Shown: positions 1 to 9,812 of the stretch, one piece after another
How the letters are laid out: every line of letters starts with the position of its first letter
Numbering within the stretch: position 1 is the stretch's first letter
Assembly (NCBI GenBank): GCA_049903315.1
Contig: JBNGBT010000005.1
Span: 64,001-128,000, forward strand
Source: Candidatus Cloacimonadota bacterium
GTDB lineage: Bacteria; Cloacimonadota; Cloacimonadia; JGIOTU-2
DNA: 64,000 nucleotides
Direction of reading: 5' to 3'
Made by a program: the position numbers and the translations under genes
The notes under the pieces: model-generated
What the model saw: only the letters and a program-made list of their open reading frames with translations
What the model was told of the DNA's origin: nothing
Database searches by the model: none

Positions 1-2
1 AA

Positions 3-584
3 GTGAAATTTACTGTTGCATCGTATACGGATCAAGAGTTTGTCGGAGTTGTTCGGCAGATACGGCTTCAGCCAAAAGTAATTTCAAATGTCGTGAATTA
101 CACTGTGATAATCTCAACATCGAATGATCAAGAACTTCTTTTACCCGGAGTGACAGCAACGATAGATATTGTCACAGAGTCCGTCGAGGATGTATATTAT
201 CTTCCTAATACTGCGCTGAATTATACCCCTCCAACGAAAGTGCTCGAGGATTTGATGAATAAGAGAAAGCAGCATCCTTCTCAAGGAAAAGAGAGCAGTT
301 CACAACGCCCTCAGCAGTTTGGCAGAACAAAACCAAGCGCAGAAATGTTGGAAAAAATGGCAATCGTATGGTTTGAAAATGAAGATGGGGAGATCATGAT
401 GACTCCTGTCGAGAAGGGCTTTAGTGATGGTATCAACACAGAGCTCACTCAGATCGGCAAGTTGACTTCAGATAGTAAGATAATCATCGGAGATAATGAT
501 AAAACGAAATCATCCTCAACTACATCAACAACAGGAAATCAGCAGCGCGGTCCGGGCGGACCTCCAATGCGCGGACTATTCTAA
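3..584 (+). CDS. Efflux periplasmic adaptor subunit (MacA/HlyD-like), 5'-truncated by the window edge
   Basis: 'VRQIRLQPKVISNVVNYTVII...LLPGVTATIDI...LPNTAL' is typical of the MacA C-terminal half; lies directly upstream of an ABC ATPase and permease. Confidence 0.85.
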   Translation: MKFTVASYTDQEFVGVVRQIRLQPKVISNVVNYTVIISTSNDQELLLPGVTATIDIVTESVEDVYYLPNTALNYTPPTKVLEDLMNKRKQHPSQGKESSSQRPQQFGRTKPSAEMLEKMAIVWFENEDGEIMMTPVEKGFSDGINTELTQIGKLTSDSKIIIGDNDKTKSSSTTSTTGNQQRGPGGPPMRGLF

Positions 585-593
585 AGGTGCAAA

Positions 594-1340
594 ATGACAA
601 AAGTAATTCAAATTAAAGACCTGGTGAAGCATTATTACGTTGGTGATATTGTTGTGCCTGCAATTCAGCATATCGATATGGAGATCGGGCAAGGAGAATT
701 TATCTCAATAATGGGAGCGTCCGGTTCCGGCAAATCAACTTTGATGAACATAATCGGCTGCCTTGATGAACCGACACAAGGGCAGTATTTCCTTGATGGA
801 GAAGATGTAGCAAAGATGACAAAGAACCAGTATGCGGATGTGCGGAATAGGAAGATCGGTTTTGTATTCCAGAATTTCAACTTGTTGCCACGAACTACTG
901 CGCTTGAAAATGTTGAGCTGCCAATTTTGTATGATCGTTCAGGGACAAATAAAAACAGCAAAGCGCTTGCAAAAGAAGCTCTTATTCAAGTCGGCCTTGG
1001 TGACAGAATGGATCATGTGCCAAACCAACTTTCCGGTGGACAAAAACAGCGTGTTGCTCTTGCCCGAGCGCTTGTGAACAGCCCATCGATTCTCCTTGCT
1101 GATGAACCCACCGGTAATCTTGATTCACGAACATCGATCGATATAATGAAACTCCTTCAAGAACTGAACAATAAGGGAATCACTATATTGGTTGTAACTC
1201 ATGAACATGACATTGCATCTTATACGGGCAGAACGATATTTCTTCGTGACGGCAGAATAATCAAGGACAAAGCACAAACGGCGAAACCAGCAGTTCTTTT
1301 ACCAGAGCATGCAGATCATCTTGATGAGGAGGTTGTATGA
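594..1340 (+). CDS. ABC transporter ATP-binding protein (MacB/LolD family)
   Basis: Walker [10 protein letters not shown], signature LSGGQKQRV, Walker [14 protein letters not shown]-loop VTHE. Confidence 0.95.
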   Translation: MTKVIQIKDLVKHYYVGDIVVPAIQHIDMEIGQGEFISIMGASGSGKSTLMNIIGCLDEPTQGQYFLDGEDVAKMTKNQYADVRNRKIGFVFQNFNLLPRTTALENVELPILYDRSGTNKNSKALAKEALIQVGLGDRMDHVPNQLSGGQKQRVALARALVNSPSILLADEPTGNLDSRTSIDIMKLLQELNNKGITILVVTHEHDIASYTGRTIFLRDGRIIKDKAQTAKPAVLLPEHADHLDEEVV

Positions 1341-2563
1341 AGCTCGTGCGTATAGAAAAAGTTGCATTGTCGAGCATATTCAGGAATCGGTCGAGGAGCC
1401 TACTCACATCCCTCGGAATTATCATTGGTGTGTGCTCTGTGATCGTTATGGTCGCAATCGGTGAGGGTTCTCAGAAAAAGATCGAAACCGATATCTCAAG
1501 TATGGGAACCAACTTACTTATGATCCGTCCCGGAAGCAGCTCGTATCAGGGTGTTCGCGGGGGTGCAGGAAGCGGGTCAAGTCTTACTATGGATGACTGT
1601 GAAACCCTACGGGAGCAGGCAACATTGATACAGGCAGTCTCACCAAGTGTCAGCACCAATGCTCAGATAATTGGCGGTTCGGGAAACTGGAATTGTAAAG
1701 TTGAAGGTGTATCTCCGGAATTCCTGGATATCAGAAATTATGAGATTGAAAAAGGAACGATGTTCACGGAGAAGGATATTGCTTCCCGAAAAAAGGTAGC
1801 AGTCATTGGTAAAACAATTGAAGAGGAATTATTTCCGACCGGAAACGCAGTTGGGCAGAAACTCAGGATAAATAATACTCCTTTCACTATCATAGGTGTG
1901 CTTGCAGAAAAGGGAAATAATTCGATGGGGATGGATCAGGACGATTTCGTACTCGCGCCCTCAATGACGGTTCTTTATAGGCTAAAAGGCGGCAAGTACG
2001 GCTCTTACGTGAATATGATATATGTCAGTGCAGTTTCTGATGATGTGATTGATGAAGCTGAAGCAGAACTTACCACAATTTTACTAAGAGCCCATAAAAT
2101 TGATGTCGCAGATGACGCTGATTTTACCATTCGCAGTCAATCCGAGATAACTGATTTTGCTACTTCAACAGCATCGACACTCACATTACTTCTTGGAGCA
2201 ATTGCTGGAGTTTCGCTCATTGTTGGTGGTATCGGTATTATGAATATTATGCTTGTTTCTGTGACAGAAAGAACACGAGAAATCGGCATCAGATTGTCTG
2301 TTGGAGCACGAACAAAAGATGTCCTTCTTCAGTTTCTTGCAGAAGCAATCACCCTCAGTCTGATTGGGGGCATACTCGGTCTTTTCTTTGCATCGATCAT
2401 TACAATGATCCTTTCAAAACTCACTTCATTAACTCCTATGATAAATCCTGCCATTGCATTTATTGCTTTCATATTCTCGGGAGCAGTTGGTATATTTTTT
2501 GGATACTATCCTGCAAAAAAGGCTTCGGAGCTCAATCCAATAGATGCACTTCATTATGAGTAG
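1337..2563 (+). CDS. ABC transporter permease (MacB/FtsX family)
   Basis: RSLLTSLGIIIGV, GGIGIMNIMLVSVTERTREIGIR, C-terminal PAKKASELNPIDAL; ATGA overlap with the ATPase gene. Confidence 0.95.
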   Translation: MKLVRIEKVALSSIFRNRSRSLLTSLGIIIGVCSVIVMVAIGEGSQKKIETDISSMGTNLLMIRPGSSSYQGVRGGAGSGSSLTMDDCETLREQATLIQAVSPSVSTNAQIIGGSGNWNCKVEGVSPEFLDIRNYEIEKGTMFTEKDIASRKKVAVIGKTIEEELFPTGNAVGQKLRINNTPFTIIGVLAEKGNNSMGMDQDDFVLAPSMTVLYRLKGGKYGSYVNMIYVSAVSDDVIDEAEAELTTILLRAHKIDVADDADFTIRSQSEITDFATSTASTLTLLLGAIAGVSLIVGGIGIMNIMLVSVTERTREIGIRLSVGARTKDVLLQFLAEAITLSLIGGILGLFFASIITMILSKLTSLTPMINPAIAFIAFIFSGAVGIFFGYYPAKKASELNPIDALHYE

Positions 2564-2677
2564 GTATGAAATCCTGTATTTGAAAAAAACGTAAACGAAC
2601 ATAAATTTTGACACATTTTAACATAGGAGAAATTCTATCCAGATGAAATTAAGGAAAACATTTGTACAGGAGACTTC

Positions 2678-3934
2678 ATGATAAACCATTTTAAAATAAT
2701 TAAAGAACTGGATTTTGTACGGCTTGCAGGTAGTGAAGGTGAGAAGCGCGCAAGGGAAATAATATCATCCTATTGTGAAGAAGTTGGTTTTGAGCCAAAA
2801 ACTGAATCCTTTGATCTCATCTCATTTGAACCAGGTACCGCAAAGATAAAAACTGATACCAAAACCTTTGAAGCTGTTCCATTCGGACTCAATGAAAGCG
2901 CAGAGCTTGATGGAGAATTGATCTTTCTCGAAAATAAGGATGTGATCGCATATAATAAAAACGCATTCAAAGACAAAATTGTGATTTCCATGGGGTATAC
3001 AAGAAAACTTGGTCCCGATCTGAAAAAGAGCGGCATCAAAGCATATATTGTAATCAGTAGACCGGAAAGGGAAGCACTCAGTTTATCTCACAGGCAAAAG
3101 CTGCATAAAGAAGGTTATGTGCCGATGGTAACTGTATCCTATAATGATGGGATGAAGCTCGCAAAGAAATCAGGCACACCTATTTCACTCTCAATTTCTC
3201 AGAAAGTACAAAAAAAGAAAGCACATAATATTATCGTTGATATTCCAGGAAAAAATAAAAAAGATGAGAATCTCACTCTTGCTGTTGGTCATTATGATAC
3301 AGTATCACGAAGTCCCGGTGCATCTGATAATGCAGGAGGAACAATCTCATTGATCAAAGCATTAGAATATTTCTCCAAACATAAGCCTGCACGTGATCTG
3401 CGAGTTATATTTTTCTCGGGTGAAGAACTGGGACTGCTCGGAAGTCAGCACTATGTGAAAACTCATTTAGAAGAAATTAAAGACAGAGTCGGACTTGTTC
3501 TCAACCTGGATGTTTCTGGCGATCCGATCGGTTCAGATGGTATGATGGTTGTTGGTACGAATGAACTTCTTGGCTATTGCGATGGTCTCATGAAAGAAGT
3601 CGGCATCTTGTATGAAGCAAAGCTCGATATTTACAGCAGCGATAACATGCCCTTCTCGGTTTATGAAATTCCCTCAGTGAACATTGCCCGTTTTGGAGGT
3701 AAGGCATCATTTCATATTCACACGCCCGGAGATAATGCAAAGAATGTTTCTGCAAAAGGATATAAAAATACGATAACAACAGCGATTGTGCTCTTACAAC
3801 ATATTTTGAATGCTGATATCTATCCTGTTAAAAAGGAGATCGATGCTTCGTTGCGAGACAAAATTGAAAAGTATATCTGGAATCTGAATTACGATAAACC
3901 CGAACTTGAATGGGAACCGAAATATAAGAGATAA
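2678..3934 (+). CDS. M28 family metallopeptidase (aminopeptidase), no signal peptide
   Basis: Zn-ligand motifs GHYDT, GASDNAGG, GEELG, NLD, HIHT. Confidence 0.85.
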   Translation: MINHFKIIKELDFVRLAGSEGEKRAREIISSYCEEVGFEPKTESFDLISFEPGTAKIKTDTKTFEAVPFGLNESAELDGELIFLENKDVIAYNKNAFKDKIVISMGYTRKLGPDLKKSGIKAYIVISRPEREALSLSHRQKLHKEGYVPMVTVSYNDGMKLAKKSGTPISLSISQKVQKKKAHNIIVDIPGKNKKDENLTLAVGHYDTVSRSPGASDNAGGTISLIKALEYFSKHKPARDLRVIFFSGEELGLLGSQHYVKTHLEEIKDRVGLVLNLDVSGDPIGSDGMMVVGTNELLGYCDGLMKEVGILYEAKLDIYSSDNMPFSVYEIPSVNIARFGGKASFHIHTPGDNAKNVSAKGYKNTITTAIVLLQHILNADIYPVKKEIDASLRDKIEKYIWNLNYDKPELEWEPKYKR

Positions 3935-3941
3935 AACAAGA

Positions 3942-5624
3942 TTATAACTGGTAAATATAGAATCTGTAGTAATAATTCGGATTATTACTTACGAACTTGA
4001 ACTTCAAACCAATATCTTCTGCATTCTTGATTTTTGCAGTTGAGAAGAGATACTTTACATCAAAGGTTCGCAATTCTGAGAGATCAAGCTTACAATAAAT
4101 GTCATTAATATTTTTCCTCATATAATCCTGGTCATAGTAATTCTTACCTATTTCATCATCAAATAAAAATAATGCCGAACCGTGATGTATGAAATAATCT
4201 GAGAGCATTTCGGATGATTCAAGTTCATCCTTGATTATCTTATAAAATATTTCTTTGAATTCGATAGGATAATAGGCACTAAAAGAACCGACTGTCTGAA
4301 AACCATTATAATTAGCAACCGCAGGGAAAAAACCAATACATCCAATGCGATATTCTGCGTTACATTCATCAAGTTGAAGTTTGATTTCATCAAATTGTTG
4401 CTCGGACATAAATTCTTTGAATGTTGGATGTCCACTGTAAGCTGTTATTGTTGAATATGAAAAATTTATGATTATTTGTGCGATGAGTAGGGTGGAGATA
4501 ACGACAAGTACCACTCTCTTTTTTGGCAAGATCTCGTATACTCCTTTGATGCAAAAAGCCCAGAGAATATACCAGAGTAATGTCATGAAAACGTAAATCC
4601 TGCTAAAATTGAATCCAATATTTAATGAGTCATAGAATAAAGAAAAGGGACGAAAAAAGTATATTCCATAAATAAAAAGTAGCATGAACTGCAGAGCCCA
4701 TAATTCGAGAATAGTTTTTTTCTGTCGTTTCTTACCGATTCTCAATAGTATGATCGAGAGGATAACACAGGTCGGCAGGATGAGATAGGAATGAAATAAA
4801 TGAGAGAGTTTGGAAGAATTGAAGAAGAGAAAGAACATGTTTTTTAAAGAATCAATGCAATTATATTTTTCCATTACCTGTGCAGCTCTATTTGTAGGGA
4901 TTTTCAAAATGAAGAAATTGTAGAAAACAGGAAAATGTGTTAATACTGCAAGCAGAAGGAAAAGAAGGGATGCGAGTAAGAAGTGAAGCCGCAGTTTCCT
5001 TTTTATCAGAAAATATATATTGAAAATTATAAGTAGGATGAAAATGTAAATCCCAGCAAAGAAGAAGTTCGAATAAAATGAGTAGACAACGATTATAAGG
5101 TATGAAAGTGTGATATAACGATTTTGATAGATATTGATGAAACCCAAAATAAGAAGGGGAATGCCGGCTATTGATAGATTTCCCTGAGGCCAGAATGGCA
5201 AAGAAATCCAGGCAAACGAAAAAAGAACCGGAACATATTCTGGAAAATTCTTCTTAAAAATGAACGTTTTGAGAAGTAAAAACATTCCAATAAACGAAAG
5301 AACACGATAGAAGAATTCATTGAGTACAAATCCCCAGAAATAATCGAAGGAGAAAAATAATTTATCCAACTTGAGATGGGAGAGATGAAAGATATTGTGT
5401 GTGGTAGGGAGAGTAAATTCCTGTATTCCTTGTCCGGGAATAAAAGATGCGCAGAACTTACCGTCAAAAATTCCCTGCATATTCAACTGGTTAAGATTGT
5501 CATGAATCGGTATATACACATTTTTTCCTCGAAAGATATATGGTGAAAAATACAAGGCAAAGAGAATTATTACGAGAATGGTAATGAAAATTATTGTCTC
5601 TAAGAAATTCTTCCGGCTGCTCAT
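3942..5624 (-). CDS. Polytopic membrane protein (DUF6044/YkoS-like; possible GT-C fold glycosyltransferase)
   Basis: About 10-12 hydrophobic segments, N-terminal 'IHDNLN' loop motif, C-terminal soluble domain 'TFKEF...PAVANYNGF'; last gene of a sugar operon. Confidence 0.6.
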   Translation of the reverse strand: MSSRKNFLETIIFITILVIILFALYFSPYIFRGKNVYIPIHDNLNQLNMQGIFDGKFCASFIPGQGIQEFTLPTTHNIFHLSHLKLDKLFFSFDYFWGFVLNEFFYRVLSFIGMFLLLKTFIFKKNFPEYVPVLFSFAWISLPFWPQGNLSIAGIPLLILGFINIYQNRYITLSYLIIVVYSFYSNFFFAGIYIFILLIIFNIYFLIKRKLRLHFLLASLLFLLLAVLTHFPVFYNFFILKIPTNRAAQVMEKYNCIDSLKNMFFLFFNSSKLSHLFHSYLILPTCVILSIILLRIGKKRQKKTILELWALQFMLLFIYGIYFFRPFSLFYDSLNIGFNFSRIYVFMTLLWYILWAFCIKGVYEILPKKRVVLVVISTLLIAQIIINFSYSTITAYSGHPTFKEFMSEQQFDEIKLQLDECNAEYRIGCIGFFPAVANYNGFQTVGSFSAYYPIEFKEIFYKIIKDELESSEMLSDYFIHHGSALFLFDDEIGKNYYDQDYMRKNINDIYCKLDLSELRTFDVKYLFSTAKIKNAEDIGLKFKFVSNNPNYYYRFYIYQL

Positions 5625-5628
5625 AATT

Positions 5629-6750
5629 TTATGTTAAGAATTGCCGTATATGATGAACAATTTCAGTAATATCATCAGGATTTAAACCGAAAAAAAGAGG
5701 AAGCCGGAGAATGGCTTTGCTGACCATGTCCGTAACCGGAAGTTTTGTGTTAGCGTATTTCCCTTGCCAGAATGGAGCAGAATGTAGTGGTATATAATGA
5801 AAAACTGACTGGATTCCTTGCTTTTCTAGGTATTCTATCAAGAGTTTTCTTTCTTTTGAGTTTGATAACATAATGTAGAAAATATGTGCATTCGATTGTA
5901 TATGTGAAGAGGTGGGTGGAAGAGATTCAGATGGTAAGAACCGCGAGAGCAGTTCATAATATAAATTCCATATATTAAAGCGTTGATGAGTAATTTCTGT
6001 AAGATGCAGCAACTGAGTGTATAAAAAAGCTGCCTGAAGTTCCGACATGAGAAAATTTGAGCTGCTCGATATCCATGTATAATGGTCTGACTCACCCTTT
6101 TGAAATTCTTCACGATTTGTTCCTTTGTTATAAAGGAAAGTAGCTTCTTCTAGCAAATCGTGATCATTTATCAGGAGTGCTCCGCCTTCACCACATTGGA
6201 TATTTTTGGTCTCATGAAAGCTCATAACTGCCAGATCGCCAAAACTGCCTAAAGATTGTTCATTATATTTAGCACCGATTCCCATAGCAGCATCTTCGAT
6301 TAAAATGACATTATGCTTTTTACAGATTTCGGTAATTTTGTCCATCTCACAAGCGAAACCGCCATAATGGACTATGACAATTGCCTTTGTTTTACGAGTG
6401 ATCAGTCTCTCAAGTTGATTTTCATCTATATTCTTTGTGTCTTCTCGAATATCGCACCAGACCAAATTAGCTCCATTCCGTACAAATGGATTTGCAGATG
6501 CAATATGAGTAAATGACGGCATGATTATTTCATCGTCGGGTTGAATATTAAGGAGTAGAGCACACATCTCCAGCGCTGCGGTACAGGAGGAGGTCATGAA
6601 GACACTTTTTGATGTAGTGATTTTTTCTAATTGTGTTGCACATTTGCTGCAGAATTCACCCATCCCGGAAAATTTCTGATCTGAGATTACTTTTTCCAAA
6701 TATTTCTGCTCATCTCCCCATACACACGGTATATTAAATGGAATTCTCAA
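5629..6750 (-). CDS. rffA: dTDP-4-amino-4,6-dideoxygalactose transaminase (DegT family)
   Basis: IPFNIP start, SCTAALEM, EDAA, SFHETKNIQCGEGG (PLP lysine), VFHYIPLH; likely TTG start at 6750 overlapping the upstream stop. Confidence 0.85.
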   Translation of the reverse strand: MRIPFNIPCVWGDEQKYLEKVISDQKFSGMGEFCSKCATQLEKITTSKSVFMTSSCTAALEMCALLLNIQPDDEIIMPSFTHIASANPFVRNGANLVWCDIREDTKNIDENQLERLITRKTKAIVIVHYGGFACEMDKITEICKKHNVILIEDAAMGIGAKYNEQSLGSFGDLAVMSFHETKNIQCGEGGALLINDHDLLEEATFLYNKGTNREEFQKGESDHYTWISSSSNFLMSELQAAFLYTQLLHLTEITHQRFNIWNLYYELLSRFLPSESLPPTSSHIQSNAHIFYIMLSNSKERKLLIEYLEKQGIQSVFHYIPLHSAPFWQGKYANTKLPVTDMVSKAILRLPLFFGLNPDDITEIVHHIRQFLT

Positions 6751-7439
6751 TATCTTTTCTCTCCCCAGATATACTTGTATGATTGAGAGCCAGCACAAAA
6801 GAGTAAATCAAGAACCGAGACATTGTGTGAGAATATTCCCCACCGCTGATCATAGATTGGATAGTGTGAGTAATCCATATACTCGAGGGTGATGCAGTTT
6901 TCCTCGAATAATTCTGGTCTTATATATGCCTGAGCTGAAGGACCTGTGAGATAATGAGTGCCGCCAAGTTGTTTCACTATCGAAATGATTTTTTCGTTTT
7001 TGCCTTTAATAAGTTCAAGATCCGTGGATTGTAGGAATGTGGTCTCAATATTCAACACATTACATATTTCTTTGATTAAAGTTTGATTGAGCGCACTCAA
7101 TAGCTTCCAGTTCTGTAGAAGAATATTTTTAAAGAAAAGAAAATACTCATCAAAGAATGTGCATTCCGAGTAATTTCTCTGCAATGCCTTGAGATGCTTT
7201 TGTTGCCAGGACTGTGAATTATTGATCTCCACTTCATTGATCGGCATAGATTGGGTGCCGTTTGTGGGCACAGTAAGCCAGAGTAAGCCCTGTGGTGTTT
7301 TTATTTGATTTCGATTTCTCCAATTTCGTACTGTGTATTGTGTGGAATCGAGGAACACAAAGCAATCCACTTTTTGGATAATATGAAAATATCCTTTCCA
7401 CGGAATGTAATTTGACTGGAGAATTGCCACTTTTTTCAT
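6747..7439 (-). CDS. WbqC family protein (putative aminoacyl/glycyl transferase for amino sugars)
   Basis: AILQSNYIPWKGYF, WRNRNQI, YLTGPSA..Y, SVLDLLF; ATG at 7439 in ATGA overlap. Confidence 0.9.
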   Translation of the reverse strand: MKKVAILQSNYIPWKGYFHIIQKVDCFVFLDSTQYTVRNWRNRNQIKTPQGLLWLTVPTNGTQSMPINEVEINNSQSWQQKHLKALQRNYSECTFFDEYFLFFKNILLQNWKLLSALNQTLIKEICNVLNIETTFLQSTDLELIKGKNEKIISIVKQLGGTHYLTGPSAQAYIRPELFEENCITLEYMDYSHYPIYDQRWGIFSHNVSVLDLLFCAGSQSYKYIWGEKRY

Positions 7440-8092
7440 TCGGATTTTCTTATAAATTTTGCAGGATTTCCAGCCCATATCTCATTATCAGGAATGTTTT
7501 TGAGCAAAACTGAACCCATTCCCAGAGCAGAATATTTCCCGATACTAACATTTTCGCGTACAGTTGCATTCAAGCCGACATGAACGCCTTCAGAAATATT
7601 CACAAAAGAACTGATACATGACTGTGCTGCGAGATGGCAAAAATCTCCGACCACAGAATTATGCCCGACAGTTGCTCCGGGCATGACCAAACTGCAACAT
7701 CCGATTTTTACTCCCGTAGATATACTTGCATTCGGCATGATCACTGCTCCCGCATTTATGAGAACTTTCGGAGCAATATATGCGGTTGGATGAATAAATG
7801 TTGCTAATGATGTCCGTGGTATGCCCAAATCCCGAAATAGAGTTATGCGGGTTTCCTGCCCGTCAATCCGGTATATTGTGTTTATGAAATGATATCCAGC
7901 ATCGATAAATTTATTCACCTCATGCAATGTGCCAAGAACAGGGAATTCCTCAATACTTTCCCCTTTGCCGATCCTGTCATTGAGATAGCCTGCGAATTCA
8001 TATTCATGTGAACCTCGTTTGTGTGCATCACAGATCGCACCTGCAATGACAGAACCATTTCCGAGTCCACCCAAAATTATAACTTTTTTCAT
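7436..8092 (-). CDS. Sugar N/O-acyltransferase, hexapeptide-repeat (NeuD/PglD/VioB family)
   Basis: IHPTA followed by left-handed beta-helix hexapeptide repeats, VGHN, C-terminal WAGNPAK. Confidence 0.85.
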   Translation of the reverse strand: MKKVIILGGLGNGSVIAGAICDAHKRGSHEYEFAGYLNDRIGKGESIEEFPVLGTLHEVNKFIDAGYHFINTIYRIDGQETRITLFRDLGIPRTSLATFIHPTAYIAPKVLINAGAVIMPNASISTGVKIGCCSLVMPGATVGHNSVVGDFCHLAAQSCISSFVNISEGVHVGLNATVRENVSIGKYSALGMGSVLLKNIPDNEIWAGNPAKFIRKSE

Positions 8093-8098
8093 ACTATC

Positions 8099-8830
8099 TT
8101 ATCCCAAAAATTTCTCTATTTTATAATATGGCTTTCTTCTGGATACCTGATTTAAAATTCGCATATTAGGCAAAATTCTGTCAAGAGCAAGCTCGACCAT
8201 TTTTTTAAGATCATACCCGCTGTTTCCTGCAAATCTTTTATCTCTATGAAGACTCACAACAGCATAATCCAAATGAAGCTTGTAAAACTGACTGAGTGTT
8301 GTTCCTGAATAAGCGAAAGGTTTTATGTGCTTATCATATACTTCTCTGTAAAAAGCCCTGAATACACCCATGTGTGGGGGATGATGAATTTTCGTGATAC
8401 AATTCGAAATATGAAAGAATATATTCGCAGGTATCGTTTTGCACAACGAGGCTTTTTGCGTTTCCCACATGGCGATTGCGATTTGTTTCTTATTGTCTTT
8501 CAAGGCATTTAAAAGTTTTGGAATGTCCTCCGGTTTGTCCTGCAGATCGGAATCCATTATCACAATTATATTTCCTGTTGCCTTTTCCAATCCCGCAGAA
8601 ATCGCGTTTGACTGCCCGAAATTTTTGGTGAGTTTGAGGATTTTAATTGCATTATACATATCATGATATGTCTTCAAGAGTGCGAAAGATTTATCAGAGC
8701 TGCCGTCATCCACAAAAATTATCTCATACTTAAGTGTCAGATAATCTAATACTGGAAGTAAGCGTTTTATTAATTCGGGAAGAACTTCTTGATCATTAAA
8801 AACAGGAATTATAATTGAAAGTTCAGGCAT
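8099..8830 (-). CDS. GT2 polyprenyl-phosphate glycosyltransferase (GtrB/ArnC-like), lacking the C-terminal TM helices
   Basis: LSIIIPVFN, VDDGSSD, NFGQSNA, MDSDLQDKPE, RFAGNSGY. Confidence 0.85.
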   Translation of the reverse strand: MPELSIIIPVFNDQEVLPELIKRLLPVLDYLTLKYEIIFVDDGSSDKSFALLKTYHDMYNAIKILKLTKNFGQSNAISAGLEKATGNIIVIMDSDLQDKPEDIPKLLNALKDNKKQIAIAMWETQKASLCKTIPANIFFHISNCITKIHHPPHMGVFRAFYREVYDKHIKPFAYSGTTLSQFYKLHLDYAVVSLHRDKRFAGNSGYDLKKMVELALDRILPNMRILNQVSRRKPYYKIEKFLG

Positions 8831-9812
8831 TTTTTTTGATATCCTTCTTATGAATTTGGATTAAAATACTCAAGAATCCTCCGATGAGAGCAGGAATTCC
8901 AGTGAGAATTAAAAAATTTAAAATTGAAACACTTAATGCAATTGAGGGTGGGACTCCAACCGATTCATAAAAGTAAACAAATGCTCCTTCACGCACACCA
9001 AAACCACTTATAGTAACAGGTATCAGCGAAATTATCTGAATGATCGGGACAAGAGCAAGGTGCGTCATGAATGGAATCTGAGCTCCGTATGCGCGGAATA
9101 CAATACTTACATTAATGATTGTCACAATCTGGAAGATTATCATAATTGGAATAACACGAATGATAATTTTTCCGAAAGGAAGGTCGGTGAAAGCTCCATG
9201 CAATGAAAGAATGAATGAAATAAGCTTTTTACAATGTTTTGGTTTTTGAGCACGGGTGGACAATTTTATGTAAATCTTCTTATGAGAGATGAGGATGAAT
9301 AGAAATGAAATGAAAATGATAACTGCGAATAAAATAATTCTACTAATCGCTAATTGTTCAAGATGGGGAAGCGAAAAGCTGAATCCAATACCAATAAGGC
9401 AGAGAAGCAAGAATCCGAAAATTTTTTCAACAACAACAGTACTTCCTGCTTTGCCTGGAATGTCCGGATGTCGTTTTTCTATGAGATATAACCTGATAGC
9501 CGCAAATCCGTCGGACGAAGGGAGCATGATGCCCCAAAAAATGGAGATGAAATTGATTTTGAGGATTTGAAAAATTGTTTCTTTTATTCCGGAAAAATAC
9601 AGCATGATCTTCCAACGGAAAGCAGCAAGAAGCGGAATGAAAAACAATGTGATGATGAGTGAAATGAAAAGCCAGTTCGGATCTGGAATTTGAGAGAATC
9701 TCTTGAAAAAGGAGATATGATATTTATAAACAATAAAAATGAGGAGAAATACAGAAATGATGAGTTGTACTATCGGATAGATTTTTCGCAGTTTTCCCGA
9801 ATGTGAACTCAT
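8823..9812 (-). CDS. Flippase-like membrane protein (lysylphosphatidylglycerol synthase TM / AglD2 family)
   Basis: RW motif, 'LPSSDG', 'STVVVEK', 'IPVTISGFGVREG', about 8 TM segments. Confidence 0.8.
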   Translation of the reverse strand: MSSHSGKLRKIYPIVQLIISVFLLIFIVYKYHISFFKRFSQIPDPNWLFISLIITLFFIPLLAAFRWKIMLYFSGIKETIFQILKINFISIFWGIMLPSSDGFAAIRLYLIEKRHPDIPGKAGSTVVVEKIFGFLLLCLIGIGFSFSLPHLEQLAISRIILFAVIIFISFLFILISHKKIYIKLSTRAQKPKHCKKLISFILSLHGAFTDLPFGKIIIRVIPIMIIFQIVTIINVSIVFRAYGAQIPFMTHLALVPIIQIISLIPVTISGFGVREGAFVYFYESVGVPPSIALSVSILNFLILTGIPALIGGFLSILIQIHKKDIKKNA

